From the NCBI GenBank assembly GCA_951406725.2, contig OX597818.1, positions 92,194,001 to 92,258,000 of the forward strand: a stretch of DNA of 64,000 nt. The letters run 5' to 3'. Numbering within the stretch: position 1 is the first letter of the stretch; each line of letters starts with the position of its first letter. The position numbers were made by a program, and so were the translations under genes. Source of the DNA: Octopus vulgaris (lineage: Eukaryota). Of the stretch, positions 1-11,684 are shown piece after piece. The notes beneath the pieces were generated by a model. It made no database searches and was not told the DNA's origin. It saw only the letters and a program-made list of their open reading frames with translations.

Positions 1-1156
1 CTCAAAATATCGAATGACTGGATGCTAAATCTCGTGGAAAATCACGAGAGACGAAAGAAGCTTCATTCTATCATAAAGGAAAGCAAAAAATTTGCTATTG
101 ATCTCGTGCAGGATACCCAAACTGAACAACCCGAGGGAAGTACGGCAACTATTGTTGCAAAGAAGGTGAAAATGATGGCAATGAAAAAAGCGCACGAGCA
201 ATTGGCTGATAGGTGGGAGGAGAAACCTCTGCACGGCAAATATGTGACCCGCAGCAAACAAGCTGATGTTGACCAGAAGCAAACCCATCAGTGGCTGCGG
301 AGCTCAGGGCTAAAAGCAGAGAGCGAAGGTTTCATCCTAGCTGCTCAAGACCAAAGCCTATCAACCCGGAACTACCAGGCCAATGTGATGAAAAATGGAG
401 CAGACCCAAAATGCCGATTCTGCAACGACATGATTGAAACAGTGGACCACCTAATCTCTGGATGTAAAGTCTTAGCACCAGTGGAGTATAAATTAAGACA
501 AGACAGAGTTGGCCAATATCTTCACTGGCTAATAAGTCGGCATTACAATATCAAAACTGCCGACAAGTGGTATAATCACCACCCTGAGGCTGTAACTGAA
601 GGAGAAAATGTAACCATTCTGTGGGACTTTCCAGTACATACAGACCGAACCATCAAGGCCAATAAACCAGATATTGTTGTGAAAGACCAAAACAATAAAG
701 TTTGCTTATTGATCGACATCAGCATCCCCTGTGATCATAATATCTCAGCGAAAGAGTTTGACAAGCTCAGAAAATATAAAGACCTACTCATTGAAATTGA
801 GAAAATGTGGCATCTCAAGGCGGTTACAATACCAGTGATCGTAGGAGCACTAGGAATGATCAAGAAGGGAACCGAAAATTATATGAGAATGATCCCTGGC
901 TTACCATCCCTGCAAGAAGTGCAAAAGATTGTCTTAACTGGTACATCACACGTATTGAGAAGAGCATTGTCGATGTGAGAACTGTTGCTGCTCATGCATT
1001 TTAATTTAACTTTAAAAAAAAGAAAAAAGAAAAAAAGTACGAACTACTGAGTTTGGTTTAATGGCCTACCAATATACACTATGAGTTTCTTTGCCCTAGG
1101 AGTCGGGAAGACACTCGGCAAGAAATGGAAGCAAATTTGAAAGAAGAAAAAAAAAA

Positions 1157-1157
<1 letters not shown>
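1..1157 (+). mobile_element. 3' part of an R4/Dong-like non-LTR retrotransposon (restriction-like endonuclease type), with 3' UTR running into a (TAA)n array
   Basis: ORF 22-978 has a CCHC knuckle (CRFC...HLISGC) and the RLE motif KPDIVV...LIDISIP...KLRKY. The 3' UTR ends in an A-run followed directly by (TAA)n, the known Dong target type. Confidence 0.9.
22..978 (+). CDS. C-terminal zinc-knuckle plus restriction-like endonuclease domains of a non-LTR retrotransposon ORF (probably continues upstream of the window)
   Basis: Uninterrupted 318-aa frame with CCHC and PD-(D/E)xK-type motifs; the frame is open to the window edge. Confidence 0.85.
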   Translation: MLNLVENHERRKKLHSIIKESKKFAIDLVQDTQTEQPEGSTATIVAKKVKMMAMKKAHEQLADRWEEKPLHGKYVTRSKQADVDQKQTHQWLRSSGLKAESEGFILAAQDQSLSTRNYQANVMKNGADPKCRFCNDMIETVDHLISGCKVLAPVEYKLRQDRVGQYLHWLISRHYNIKTADKWYNHHPEAVTEGENVTILWDFPVHTDRTIKANKPDIVVKDQNNKVCLLIDISIPCDHNISAKEFDKLRKYKDLLIEIEKMWHLKAVTIPVIVGALGMIKKGTENYMRMIPGLPSLQEVQKIVLTGTSHVLRRALSM

Positions 1158-1368
<211 letters not shown>

Positions 1369-1930
1369 AAATGCCCTGATGCAGTAACAGACAGTGGCTC
1401 TCATGGCTTCTAATCTTAACTGATTGGAAGTGTTATCATGTACACTGTTTTGTCTTGGTTTTAAAGATGGGCTACAGCAAATATTCTGCTCAATACCACA
1501 GATTTGCTTGTCAGTTGTTTGACCGTAACCAGTTGAGAGCATGTCCCTTAGTGGCTGACGATATGTGCATCTCTGATCACGAGCAGAAGTAGTGGGCGAG
1601 TATCATAGCCGTGTGTTGAAAGGGATTTTTGGGGGTTTGAATAATTCACCTCTGGAAACATGGGTGGTTCGTTCAACATCCTTAAACAATCCTTATTCAG
1701 GGACCTGTTGAGCGGGATAGGCTACTCGACCAGAATAAAATTCTAACTGGGGCCCACCTGCAAGGTCATGTGCTGTTTATCTTGATATGAGATCACCATG
1801 TCGCGCACATATGGTTGCGATGCATGTTCCTTGTGTACCCTTAGCAAACGGGTAGTCATGATAGGTATATTGGGCTTCGTATATTTTATCCCAGTGCCAC
1901 TTTAATGACATACACGGCTCTCTCACTCAA
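1369..1930. mobile_element. ~560-bp non-coding interspersed element flanked by (TAA)n, copy 1
   Basis: AAATGCCCTGATGCAGTA...CTCTCACTCAA recurs at 37900, 38491 and, truncated, at 53437. Confidence 0.85.
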
Positions 1931-2039
1931 TAATAATGAAAAATAATAATAATAATAATAATAATAATGATGATGATGATGATGACGATAACATCGAAAA
2001 ATACCTTAGGAATGAAAACCCAGGTTCGAAATTTCCCAA

Positions 2040-2085
2040 GGCACCTGATGAAGTCTGGAGAGTATATCAGCCGAAACCTTGTGTT
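2040..2085 (+). ncRNA. Minimal type-I hammerhead ribozyme (PLE-like), slightly degenerate
   Basis: GGCAC-CTGATGA-a-GTCTG..CAGCC-GAAA-CCT-T-GTGTT. Stems I and II pair; stem III ACCT is one change away from the palindromic ACGT. Confidence 0.7.
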
Positions 2086-2569
2086 AACAACAAACAAGAT
2101 GAGGACAAATATCCGTCAAATGTAAATGATGTAAATAATGTACATAATTCCTCATCTCTTAAATATAGAACTGAACTTCTACAGACTCTCAAAACAAACT
2201 TTTCAACTTCTCTACAAACATAAAAATTTACAAATTTCCCTAGTACTATCAATACATTTTCCATCAATTCAAATTCAACAACTTTATATTTCTCTTGTAT
2301 TCCTACACAATATTATATCCAATTTCATATTTTAGTTTCTAAATTCAATACATTTATTCTGGTATGTATACGATTCATTTTACTAAGATTTCTTTAAACA
2401 TTTTTGAAGAGGAATTTTTCTTGCATTCCTTTGAATACAAACATATTACTTAAACACAACTTTCAATAGTACTAGGCTTTTTTTGGAGGTTTAATTACGA
2501 ATTATTTGTATATGTGTACGTAAGTATGATTGCATGTGTGTGCGTGCATGTGCTTGTGTGTATATATAA

Positions 2570-2581
2570 ATATACATATGC

Positions 2582-2664
<83 letters not shown>

Positions 2665-3048
2665 AACACACATAAATATGTATATTTATATATATGCACA
2701 CAAGCACACTCACATACATTCATACATGCATACACACATACATACATACATACGTACATGCATACATACATACATACATACATACATACATACATACATA
2801 CATACTCTCACATACAAACGCTTGCACGCACACAAGCATGCAGTCACGCGCAAATTCATTCGTTCACTATCATTCCATATCAAAAACAACATATTTAAAG
2901 TAAAATTATTTATTTATATTAAATTACACATTTTTCCTAGGTTTCTTTGTTTATTGTTGGTAAATGGAAAAATTTCGTTCGATATCTATTTGTATATCTA
3001 TACATACATACATATATACATACATACATACATACATACATACATACA

Positions 3049-3084
<36 letters not shown>

Positions 3085-3108
3085 TATATATGTATTTATA
3101 TATATATA

Positions 3109-3146
<38 letters not shown>

Positions 3147-3430
3147 TATAGTTAATCCAAACATGAAAACACATACATAAAACACTACAACGCGAGGATG
3201 TGGAACAAGTATGGTGTTATTTGATGTATATATGGTGTTATTTGATATATATATATATATATATATATAACACATTTATATATAATATATGTATATGTGT
3301 ATGTATATTTATTTATATATAAATATGCATAAATATACATACACATGCATACACGTACATACATATATGCATATACACTCACACATATGTGTGTGTTTGT
3401 ATGTATGTAAGTATGCATGTATGTATGCAC
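2570..3430. repeat. Compound (TA)n/(TG)n/(TACA)n microsatellites
   Basis: Directly visible. Confidence 0.95.
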
Positions 3431-3629
3431 ACATAGATGAATGAATGAATGTGTTTTTTTTCAAATATCAGTTGATAAAAAAAGATATCCTTGAAATTTT
3501 ACCATGGGTAGCTTCTCAAAACTCAATAATAACGAAACATTATTGAATCAGCAGTGCAGCAACATTAGTTTCTACCTGAAAAATACCGAAGAAATTTTCA
3601 AAAAATGCAGCAAAAAATTCACACAAATG

Positions 3630-3964
3630 AGAACCTCTTCGGTCATGACTAACCAAGGGATTACACCTAGAAAGTTACCCTCCCAGGCACAAGTCCGGGC
3701 AAAGATGTTTATAGAAGACCAGCAGTCGCCCACACATATCGGTGTCCCCTCTCCACGCCACCAGTGTTATCCAAGGGAAAGGTAAAGGCCGATACAGCTT
3801 AGCACCTGTGACGTCGCAACTCATTTCTACAGCCGAGTGAACTGAAGCAACGTGAAATAAAGTATCTTGCTCAAGAACACAACACGCAGCCCGGTTCGGG
3901 ATTCAAACTCACAAGCTCACGATTGTAAGCTCGACACTCTAATCACTGAGCCATGCGCCTTCAC
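3630..3964 (-). mobile_element. tRNA-derived SINE (family D)
   Basis: Minus-strand head GAAGGCGCATGGCTCAGTG...GTTTGAATCCC (A/B boxes), then a GTGTTCTTGAGCAAG core-type domain and a LINE-like tail. Confidence 0.7.
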
Positions 3965-4691
3965 ATTCACACAGACAGTCCTTCAATAATTATCTGGATC
4001 GACGTTTATAACAACACATAAGGACAAACCTTCCTCGTAGAATCTGTAGAATCCTTGTAGAATCTGTTACCAGCGCCAGTCATAAATTGATAATATAGAA
4101 CTAACTCTGTTAAGAACCAGTGCGATGCTATATCTCTTTTGCAATTATTATGTCTGGTAGTTCGAAGGTGGTAAATTTCCGTTCGGCTATTTTTATTTGG
4201 TTATGAATTTAAATAACGTATTTGTAACGTGAAAAGCAATCCACAATACCTTATCTAGTCGAGGTTATTATAATAGATATTGGATATGATATTTTTATGC
4301 CAATTCCAAAATACGATTTTTATTTAAATTTAATGCTGAGGCTGGTTAGAACTTTCGAGGAAGACAATATATGGTTTTTATTCTCACGGGAATTTATGAA
4401 TAATTATGTGATTGTTCTGGAAATCCTATAACTCTTTCTATGTATGCAATAGAATTTGATTAGCAAAATATAAGATACATGGAAAATATGTGAAGAGCAA
4501 GCTAACATTTAGTTTGGCGTGGGTGATATTTTCCAGTGGGCGTCCAGAAACATATCAAAACACGGTAATTTATTTGCTGCCGAACTTCTAGATTTAATAG
4601 TATATATCCCGTAAATAATCCAACTCTTTTCAAAACGAACTTAGTAACAATATCAAAATGTTCATATCATCTAATAATAAGTTTGTTTTTT

Positions 4692-4880
4692 AAGGCGGCG
4701 AGTGGCAGAAACTTTAGCGAAATGCTTAGCGGTATTTCATCTGTCTTTAACGTTCTGAGTCGCCGAGGTTGACTTTGCCTTTCATCCTTTTGGTGTCGAT
4801 GAATTTGCGTACTGGGGTCGATCTAATCGACTGGCACCCTCCCCCAAAATTTAGGGCTTTGTGCTAGGGTAGAAAAGAAT
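4692..4880 (+). mobile_element. SINE family C (Meta-domain-like)
   Basis: AAGGCGGCGAG..GCAGAA head and GTTGACTTTGCCTTTCATCCTT core, shared with many copies in the window. Confidence 0.75.
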
Positions 4881-5029
4881 AAATTTGTTTCTTTGATCAT
4901 ATTGATAAACACTATGAGGTGGTTAATTAATAATATAAATAGCTACTCTGTAATGATGTATCAAATTAATGTAGGAAAACCAAATCACAAGGAAAACTGT
5001 ATTAGATAAGAGAATAGAAAATCTACCAA

Positions 5030-5470
5030 AGCGTGAAGCATTCATCACTTTAAGATACTATAAGGTAGACTTTGCTAATAACCCTAGATATAGGCCAATA
5101 AACCAGGAGAAAACGGAAATAGGATTGATAAGCAAGAACATCTTCAGAAAAATCAATATTAACAAAAGGAGCAAAATAAGACTCTAACAGAAAATCAACT
5201 TATTTTGAAATATTGAAAATAACTGAAGCCAAATCCATTCTGCTATATAGCAGAGATTTAGGACACAGCGCTGGAAATAGATAAAGCTGTCAAATTTGCC
5301 AGTATGTTTACATGTGGAAACAAAATGAATGTGCACACAAGCAAAATGTTACTCTTTGATAATGAATCAGTCTGGATCAGAAATTCAGAGCTCACCATTA
5401 TATTTGACTTAAGTATGTAAAACAGTGCAAACGTATGGGAACTGGTTGACCTATATAAGAAATTTTAAAG
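5030..5470 (+). pseudogene. Decayed Penelope-like element reverse transcriptase fragment
   Basis: Translated pieces AFITLRYYKVDFANNPRYRPINQEKTEIGLISKNIF and KMLLFDNESVWIR...FDLSM...VWELVDLY resemble PLE RT motifs (AFITLKDHK..NP..RLINP.K.EIG.ISK; FDVTMG..DGAEVCELVGLY). Confidence 0.6.
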
Positions 5471-5685
5471 GATAAATGCACTGATACCAACATGAGCGTA
5501 TAAGGAGAGGAAAGGTTAGCACTGTAGCATTTATAATAGTCAAACACACAAGAACACAAGATAGCTATAAGAAAGTCCACATACGCACCTTAGATATATT
5601 ATAAATATTATTAAAAAATTGCGTCTTGTGTGTTGGTAAATACAGTACATAGAGATACGTATATGTGAATACACACACACACACA

Positions 5686-5774
<89 letters not shown>

Positions 5775-5780
<6 letters not shown>

Positions 5781-5906
5781 TATATAGAAGGAGCTTCTAC
5801 AGGACTAGAACTGTTTCATTCAAGAGAAATCATCAGGAAGCTTCCTGATGATTTCTCTTGAATGAAACAGTTCTAGTCCTGTAGAAGCTCCTTCTATATA
5901 ATAAAT
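5775..5906. ncRNA. Perfect 132-bp palindrome carrying a type-I hammerhead ribozyme on each strand
   Basis: Centre is at 5840/5841. The + strand reads AGCTTC-CTGATGA-tTTC tctt GAAt-GAAA-CAG ttctagtc CTG-TA-GAAGCT, a GUA triplet with predicted cleavage after 5883; the mirror copy is on the - strand. Confidence 0.85.
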
Positions 5907-5970
5907 TAATTTTACTCTGCTATGTATTGAGTACCTTATTTACTGTGGTTAACCCCGAATCAACCCGGGA

Positions 5971-6013
<43 letters not shown>

Positions 6014-6316
6014 TTTTCAAGTTTCTCTCTACATATTTTTCTGTAGAAATCAGAGACAACATTAAAACATTTGCATATACGAATTCGTTCCTATAATCAA
6101 ACCAATACAGACAAAAATAGGTCATGAATCCATATGCATGTTTCAAGAGTTATTGCAATATATGTATATAAAATAGGGCGATAAACATCAAGATGAGAAC
6201 ATTGCACTGCTAACACAAAAGTAAGGCACAGTATAGAGTTGTTAACCTCCAGTATACTTAGTCGTATATCATGGTTGCAAAACCAGGTACTGCGTCATTG
6301 CTGGAAATTATATATA

Positions 6317-6347
<31 letters not shown>

Positions 6348-6394
6348 CTCAAAGGATTGTTACAGAAGACAGAGTGTACGGAAGCTTTATCAAG

Positions 6395-6496
6395 TACAAC
6401 GATCGTTTCGGCTTACTTCTGCACCTTAGCTGATGGGAAACGATATAATGGAATCGAATGCGCCCCATGGTGCAGAAGAAACCTCCTCAGGTTGCA
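6395..6496 (-). ncRNA. Type-I hammerhead ribozyme with long stem II, inside a (TA)n-flanked element (~6348-6838)
   Basis: Minus strand: TGCAAC-CTGAGGA-GGTTTCTTCTGCACC...GGTGCAGAAGtAAGCC-GAAA-CGA-TC-GTTGTA. Stem II has ~15 bp, stem I has 6 bp, and the triplet is AUC. Confidence 0.75.
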
Positions 6497-6868
6497 TAAT
6501 AAGCATCAGTGCTATAAGATGTACATTTCGCTAAAATGTATCGCAGGATGATGTTTGTAGTATAAGTGCGTTTGTAGTGGGTTGCGAAGGCTTGGCAAGT
6601 ATCACCGCTAGCAGGGACTCGCTACTCTGGACTGGTGACGGACAAGATACAGTAACATGAATGTCTTCAGGTTGCTAGTCCTAGCTGGTGGGGGTGCTTG
6701 CCTCCCCTTTGCAAATTTAAGGACACAGGAAATGTGTCAAAGCCGATAGGAAGCGTGGATGCTTCCTAGGGCTATATAGCGGTGGTGTAATTCCCTATAC
6801 GGGACTGTCACGTTATGTTGACTTTATACAACCCCTCTATACATACATATATATGTATATATATAGAT

Positions 6869-6941
<73 letters not shown>

Positions 6942-6994
6942 AAATGGCTGACGGTTAGTAAGGAGAGACACAAGTAAGTGAGAAGAAAACAAAG

Positions 6995-7038
6995 GACCAC
7001 TGATGCGGTCACAGGAGTGTGACGAAAGAACTTTGGCC
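6995..7038 (+). ncRNA. Type-I hammerhead-like motif with A9C core variant, in a (TA)n-flanked ~220-bp element
   Basis: CCA-CTGATGC-g-GTCAC aggagt GTGAC-GAAA-GaaC-TT-TGG. Confidence 0.55.
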
Positions 7039-7152
7039 GAAATAAGATTAAGATTAATGTAAAAAATAAATATCACTGAAGCAAAATAACACCAAATATA
7101 TAGTGCGTGTGTTTTTATTGGCTAAACTGGCAATATGACCATTCCGAAATAT

Positions 7153-7198
<46 letters not shown>

Positions 7199-7201
<3 letters not shown>

Positions 7202-7490
7202 AGGCGCAATGGCCTAGTGGTTAGGGCAGCGGACTCGCGGTCGCAGGATCGCGGTTTCGATTCCCAGACCGGGCGTTGTGAGTCTTTATTGAGCGAAAAC
7301 ACCTAAAAGCTCCACGAGGCTCCGGCAGGGGAAGGTGATCCCTGCTGTACTCTTTCATCACTCTTTCTCCCACTCTTTCTTCTGTTGGCCTGCTCGCTTT
7401 GCCAGCGGGGTGACGTCATTCGAAGGCTAAAACAATGCGAACGCATTGTGACCAGCATCTGATGGTCTGGTCCGTCACGTGATCACGTGA
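7199..7490 (+). mobile_element. tRNA-derived SINE family A, tail variant A' inserted in (TA)n
   Basis: Head GGAGGCGCAATGGCCTAGTGGTTAGGGCAGCGGACTCGCGG...GTTTCGATTCCC. Confidence 0.85.
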
Positions 7491-8299
7491 TATATATATA
7501 TATATATTTAAATTTAAGTCACCATATAGGAATTCAACTAATCCGGTGGTACTCATAAAAAATGATCCTTAATGTCTCATCCTACAAAGCATAGAATATT
7601 TAATAGGATACGAGAGAAAACCATAAGGTATTGCTTTAAAAGATTATTTATATAAAGATTATTTATATTAAGACAGTCAGACAGATAGATAGACAGACAG
7701 ATAGAAATATATATATACATACATACATACATACATAGATACATATATACACACACGCACAGCCAGGTACTCATTTCATGAACATATTCCCGAACAGATG
7801 TATAGAATTATGTATATATAAGCATACATAGAAGCATACATACAGACATATACATATGCATACATATATACTCAGACATATACACCCATCCACAAACACA
7901 CACTTACATATATTAGATATATGTATGTATGTGCATGTGTGCGCATATACATTTGCGTTTACGTATGTATTAATGTGAATGTATGTATGGATATATGTGT
8001 GTATTTGTGCATATATGTCTCTCTCTCTCTCTGTATATATATATATACATACATACATACATACATACATACATACAGACATACATACATACACACACAC
8101 ACAGATAAACATAGTTATATGTATAGATAATGAAAACAAATATAATAATCATGAGAATATATCTAAAGTAATTTTTTCACATCATGCATCTTACTTGGTA
8201 AACGTGATATTAATTAATATTTCCAGCAAAAAGTTTAACAAATCTTTAATGATGACTCAAGCAAAATCACACTTGGAAATATTACTAATTTTATATACA

Positions 8300-8875
8300 G
8301 GTTTCCTATTTTAGCACAAGGCCAGCCAATCAGGGGAGGATTAAGTCAATTACATTGACCCCGGTGTTCAAGTAGTACTAATGTTATCAACCCTAAAAGG
8401 CTAAATTTGATTTAAAACATTAAGTCGGGAAGAAATTTGAACCTAAAACGTTAAGTCGGAAAAAATACCTATTTCTTTATTATCCACAAGGCGCTAAACA
8501 CAGAGAGGACACACAAGGACAGACAAATGAATTAAGTCGATTATATCGATCCCAGTGCATAACTGGTACTTATTTTATCGACCCCGAAAGGATGAAAGGC
8601 AAATTCGACCTCGGTGGAATTTGAACTCAGAACATAGTGGCAGACGAAATAACATGTTTCTTTACTACCCATAAGAGGCTAAACACAGAGAGGACAGACA
8701 AACGGATTAAGTTCGATTATATCGTCCCCAGTGCGTAACTGGTACTTATTTAATCGATTCCGAAAGGATGAAAGGCAAAGTCCACCTCGGCGGGATTTGA
8801 ACTCAGAACACAAAGACAGATGAAATACCGCTGAGCATTTTGCCCGGCGTGCTAATGATTTTGCCAGCTCATTAC
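8300..8875 (-). mobile_element. Tandem SINE family C copies
   Basis: Repeated CCCGAAAGGATGAAAGGCAAA..TCGACCTCGG..GAATTTGAACTCAGAAC units. Confidence 0.8.
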
Positions 8876-8900
8876 CTTCTACTTATTTTATATAATAATG

Positions 8901-9094
8901 ATTGCAGCGTGGAAGGTGTTTGTAAGCCATTTAAGAAACACACAAAAGCCGTTCGATTCACTTCAACATTTAAGTTTAATTTGTCAAAATATTTTCGTCG
9001 CTATAAGACCGCGACCTCTTCACTGACAAAAATCCGTGCTGCACGGCTTTTGTGTGTTTCTTAAATGGCTTACAAACACCTTCCACGCTGCAAT
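8901..9094. repeat. 52-bp perfect inverted repeat enclosing a hammerhead-like motif (minus strand, 8980-9030)
   Basis: Arms are 8901-8952 and 9043-9094. The spacer on the minus strand reads TTTGTCA-GTGAAGA-g-GTCGC..GCGAC-GAA-AATATT-T-TGACAAA (C3G change). Confidence 0.75.
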
Positions 9095-9198
9095 TGTTTT
9101 CGTTCCAGCACACGATCTCAGATCAAATCACTTGCTATGCAAGTACATCTCCGTAATATATAATAAGGTATGTTTTGAAAATAGATATATTTATTGTA

Positions 9199-9606
9199 GG
9201 CGTAGGAGTGGCTGTGTGGTAAGTAGCTTGCTTACCAGCCACATGTTTCCGGGTTCAATCCCGCTGCGTGGCACCTTGTGCAAGTGTCCTCTACTATAGT
9301 CTCGGGCCTACCAAAACCTCGTGAGTGGATTTGGTAGCGGAAACTAAAAGAAGCCCGTCGTATATATATATATATATCTGTGTGTGTGCGTGCGCGCGCG
9401 CGTATGTTTGTGTGTATATGTTTGTGTGTCTGTGTCTGTCCCCCCCCCCAACATCGCTTGACAACCGATGCTGGTGTGTTTACGTCCCCGTAACTTAGCG
9501 GTTCGGCAAAAGCGACCGATAGAATAAGTACTAGGCTTACAAAGAATAAGTCCTGGAGCTGATTTGCTCGAATAAATGACTGAAACTAGTAAAAGAGTAA
9601 CAAGAG
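9199..9606 (+). mobile_element. tRNA-derived SINE family B (internal microsatellite)
   Basis: GGCGTAGGAGTGGCTGTGTGGTAAG...GGTTCAATCCC head, GCACCTTG.GCAAGTG core, GTAAAAGAGTAA tail. Confidence 0.85.
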
Positions 9607-10276
9607 AGTATTCTGGACACATGGTCCTGTTTTTAGAACGCACAGCAGTAAAGCGAAGTATTGTAACGACGTCATTTGATAGTACCAAAAAAAAAAAATA
9701 TATATATATATATACAGAAAATGGTAACTTAGTTACTGCTTACATACAAACCGGTGAAATGTCTATTATATTACAAGGCTAACGATAGATTTCTCTTTTA
9801 TAAACAATCTGTCCCGCAGTGAACTAGAGATGCTACAGGTGTTTGTACGGTAGAGAGAGAGAGAGGGATAGAGGCATTCAAACGAACACTACAGCATATA
9901 CACAAATTCAAACACATACGAGCGCCCTTGGCGCGCGCTTACACACAACTATACATGGGGTAAGCAAGTAGAAAATAACACCGGAAAGCACGTGATCTGA
10001 AAACATCGAAACTATGCCAACGGATATTGAAAGAAGCAGAGTAAAGATATACAAATCTCACGTTTACTAAGAGGCTGTAAGTACTTTATTGTGAGGAAAA
10101 TATGAAGAAAGCAAAACCAATCTTGATAAAGAATATGGAATGCTATGAAGACTGTGATGTTTTAGTAAATTCTTTGAAATAGAAACGGAAAGAAACCATA
10201 GTGACGTTTCGATGCTTTTGAAGAATGATACATACTGAGATATTCGTTCATAAACACATATTATATCGTGTTTATT

Positions 10277-10307
<31 letters not shown>

Positions 10308-10580
10308 ATAGAATACACGTGCGTTGGATTGTCTGTATTTTTGCGTTTGAGAATATTTGCATATGTGAAGAGGTGATGCATGCTTAAATTTATGACTTTA
10401 TATTGCCTTAACTCTTTAAAACATGGCAAGTTATCAAGTACTGGCTGGCTACATGTCTATTGATGAGACACAGACACTCACAGAATTACATACGTCACCA
10501 CACTAAGACATTCGTATGTATGTACATATGTGAGTGGATATGTATGCATATATATATAAGTATATATATATATATATATA

Positions 10581-10960
10581 TCTATATATAAACGGCAGTT
10601 TGTCTGTGCGTGTTTCTGTGTGTCTGTTTGCTTGTACCCTCACCCTGACCACGGCTTTCAACCGATTCTGATGAAACTTGACACACGCATAACCCAATGT
10701 CATAATTCAAAACTAACGCAGCCAAAATTTTGAAAAGTTCCCCCAGTTCTGAAAAAAATCGATAAATTCGACATGGGGTCGAGAATCAGAAACACGAACC
10801 ACAAACTGTCTAGGGGACGCAACTCCATCCTTTTTTAACTCTCAAAAAAAAATTTACCATATTTTTTTCCATTTTTTGACTATTTTTTGGCTATAACTCT
10901 CTAAAAATGCTTTATAGTTATTTCCCTTACAAACCTGAGCAACGCCGGGCGATACTGCTA

Positions 10961-10961
<1 letters not shown>
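10581..10961 (+). mobile_element. Non-autonomous Helitron
   Basis: 5' TC (TCTATATATAAAC), subterminal hairpin CCTGAGCAACGCCGGG, 3' CTAG; inserted between A and T of a (TA)n run with no TSD. Confidence 0.85.
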
Positions 10962-11005
<44 letters not shown>

Positions 11006-11075
11006 TATATATATTATTTATATCATTATTTGATTGAACGCCATGCATCCATTTCAAAGTAAGTTTATCTATCTA

Positions 11076-11126
<51 letters not shown>

Positions 11127-11307
11127 CGTTTAATATACACTAATATATTCGGAGCTACAATAATTTCAATGTCCCTGGTAGAACAATATTCCATAATATC
11201 CTATAATGTTCTATCGGGCCATTATATAAATACGAATATATATATGCCTGTGTGTGTGTGCGTGTTTGTGTCTGTGTACGTGTGTGTGTCTGTGTGTGTG
11301 TGTATGT

Positions 11308-11369
<62 letters not shown>

Positions 11370-11645
11370 TGTGTTGAACAGCTTTCCATTCAAATATGTT
11401 GTATCCAAGACACGACTTCATCGAATGTTAATTATATAGTTTTTCTGTTTTAAATATTTCCTTTCGTAATTTTTGCTCATCTAGGAACAGTAACATTTCT
11501 GAGTCTATAAATTTTGTTAGGACTTTCGGTCTTCATCTTCAGAATAAAGTGCTGACGATCGAGCGTTGTTACAGCTTTTAAACTCTTTGTGGTTATATCC
11601 AGATTATTTTCAGCATGTATACACACACACATTCACACATTCACG

Positions 11646-11684
<39 letters not shown>

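Noticed and set aside
2495-3430. Many ORFs rich in YI/HT/CV/I/N runs here and at 7771-8314, 11034-11453, 22956-23492, 35369-36098 and 37684-37954
   Set aside because: They are translations of microsatellites, not genes.
7199-7275. tRNA-like sequences at SINE heads
   Set aside because: They continue into SINE bodies and recur with divergence, so they are not tRNA genes.
10380-10425. Possible first coding exon MLKFMTLYCLNSLKH with a G|GCAAGT donor in phase 1
   Set aside because: It is too weakly hydrophobic for a signal peptide, uses a non-canonical donor, and has no other support.
11512-11548. CTGAAGA...GAAA on the minus strand
   Set aside because: Stems I and II do not pair convincingly; at best a decayed hammerhead.
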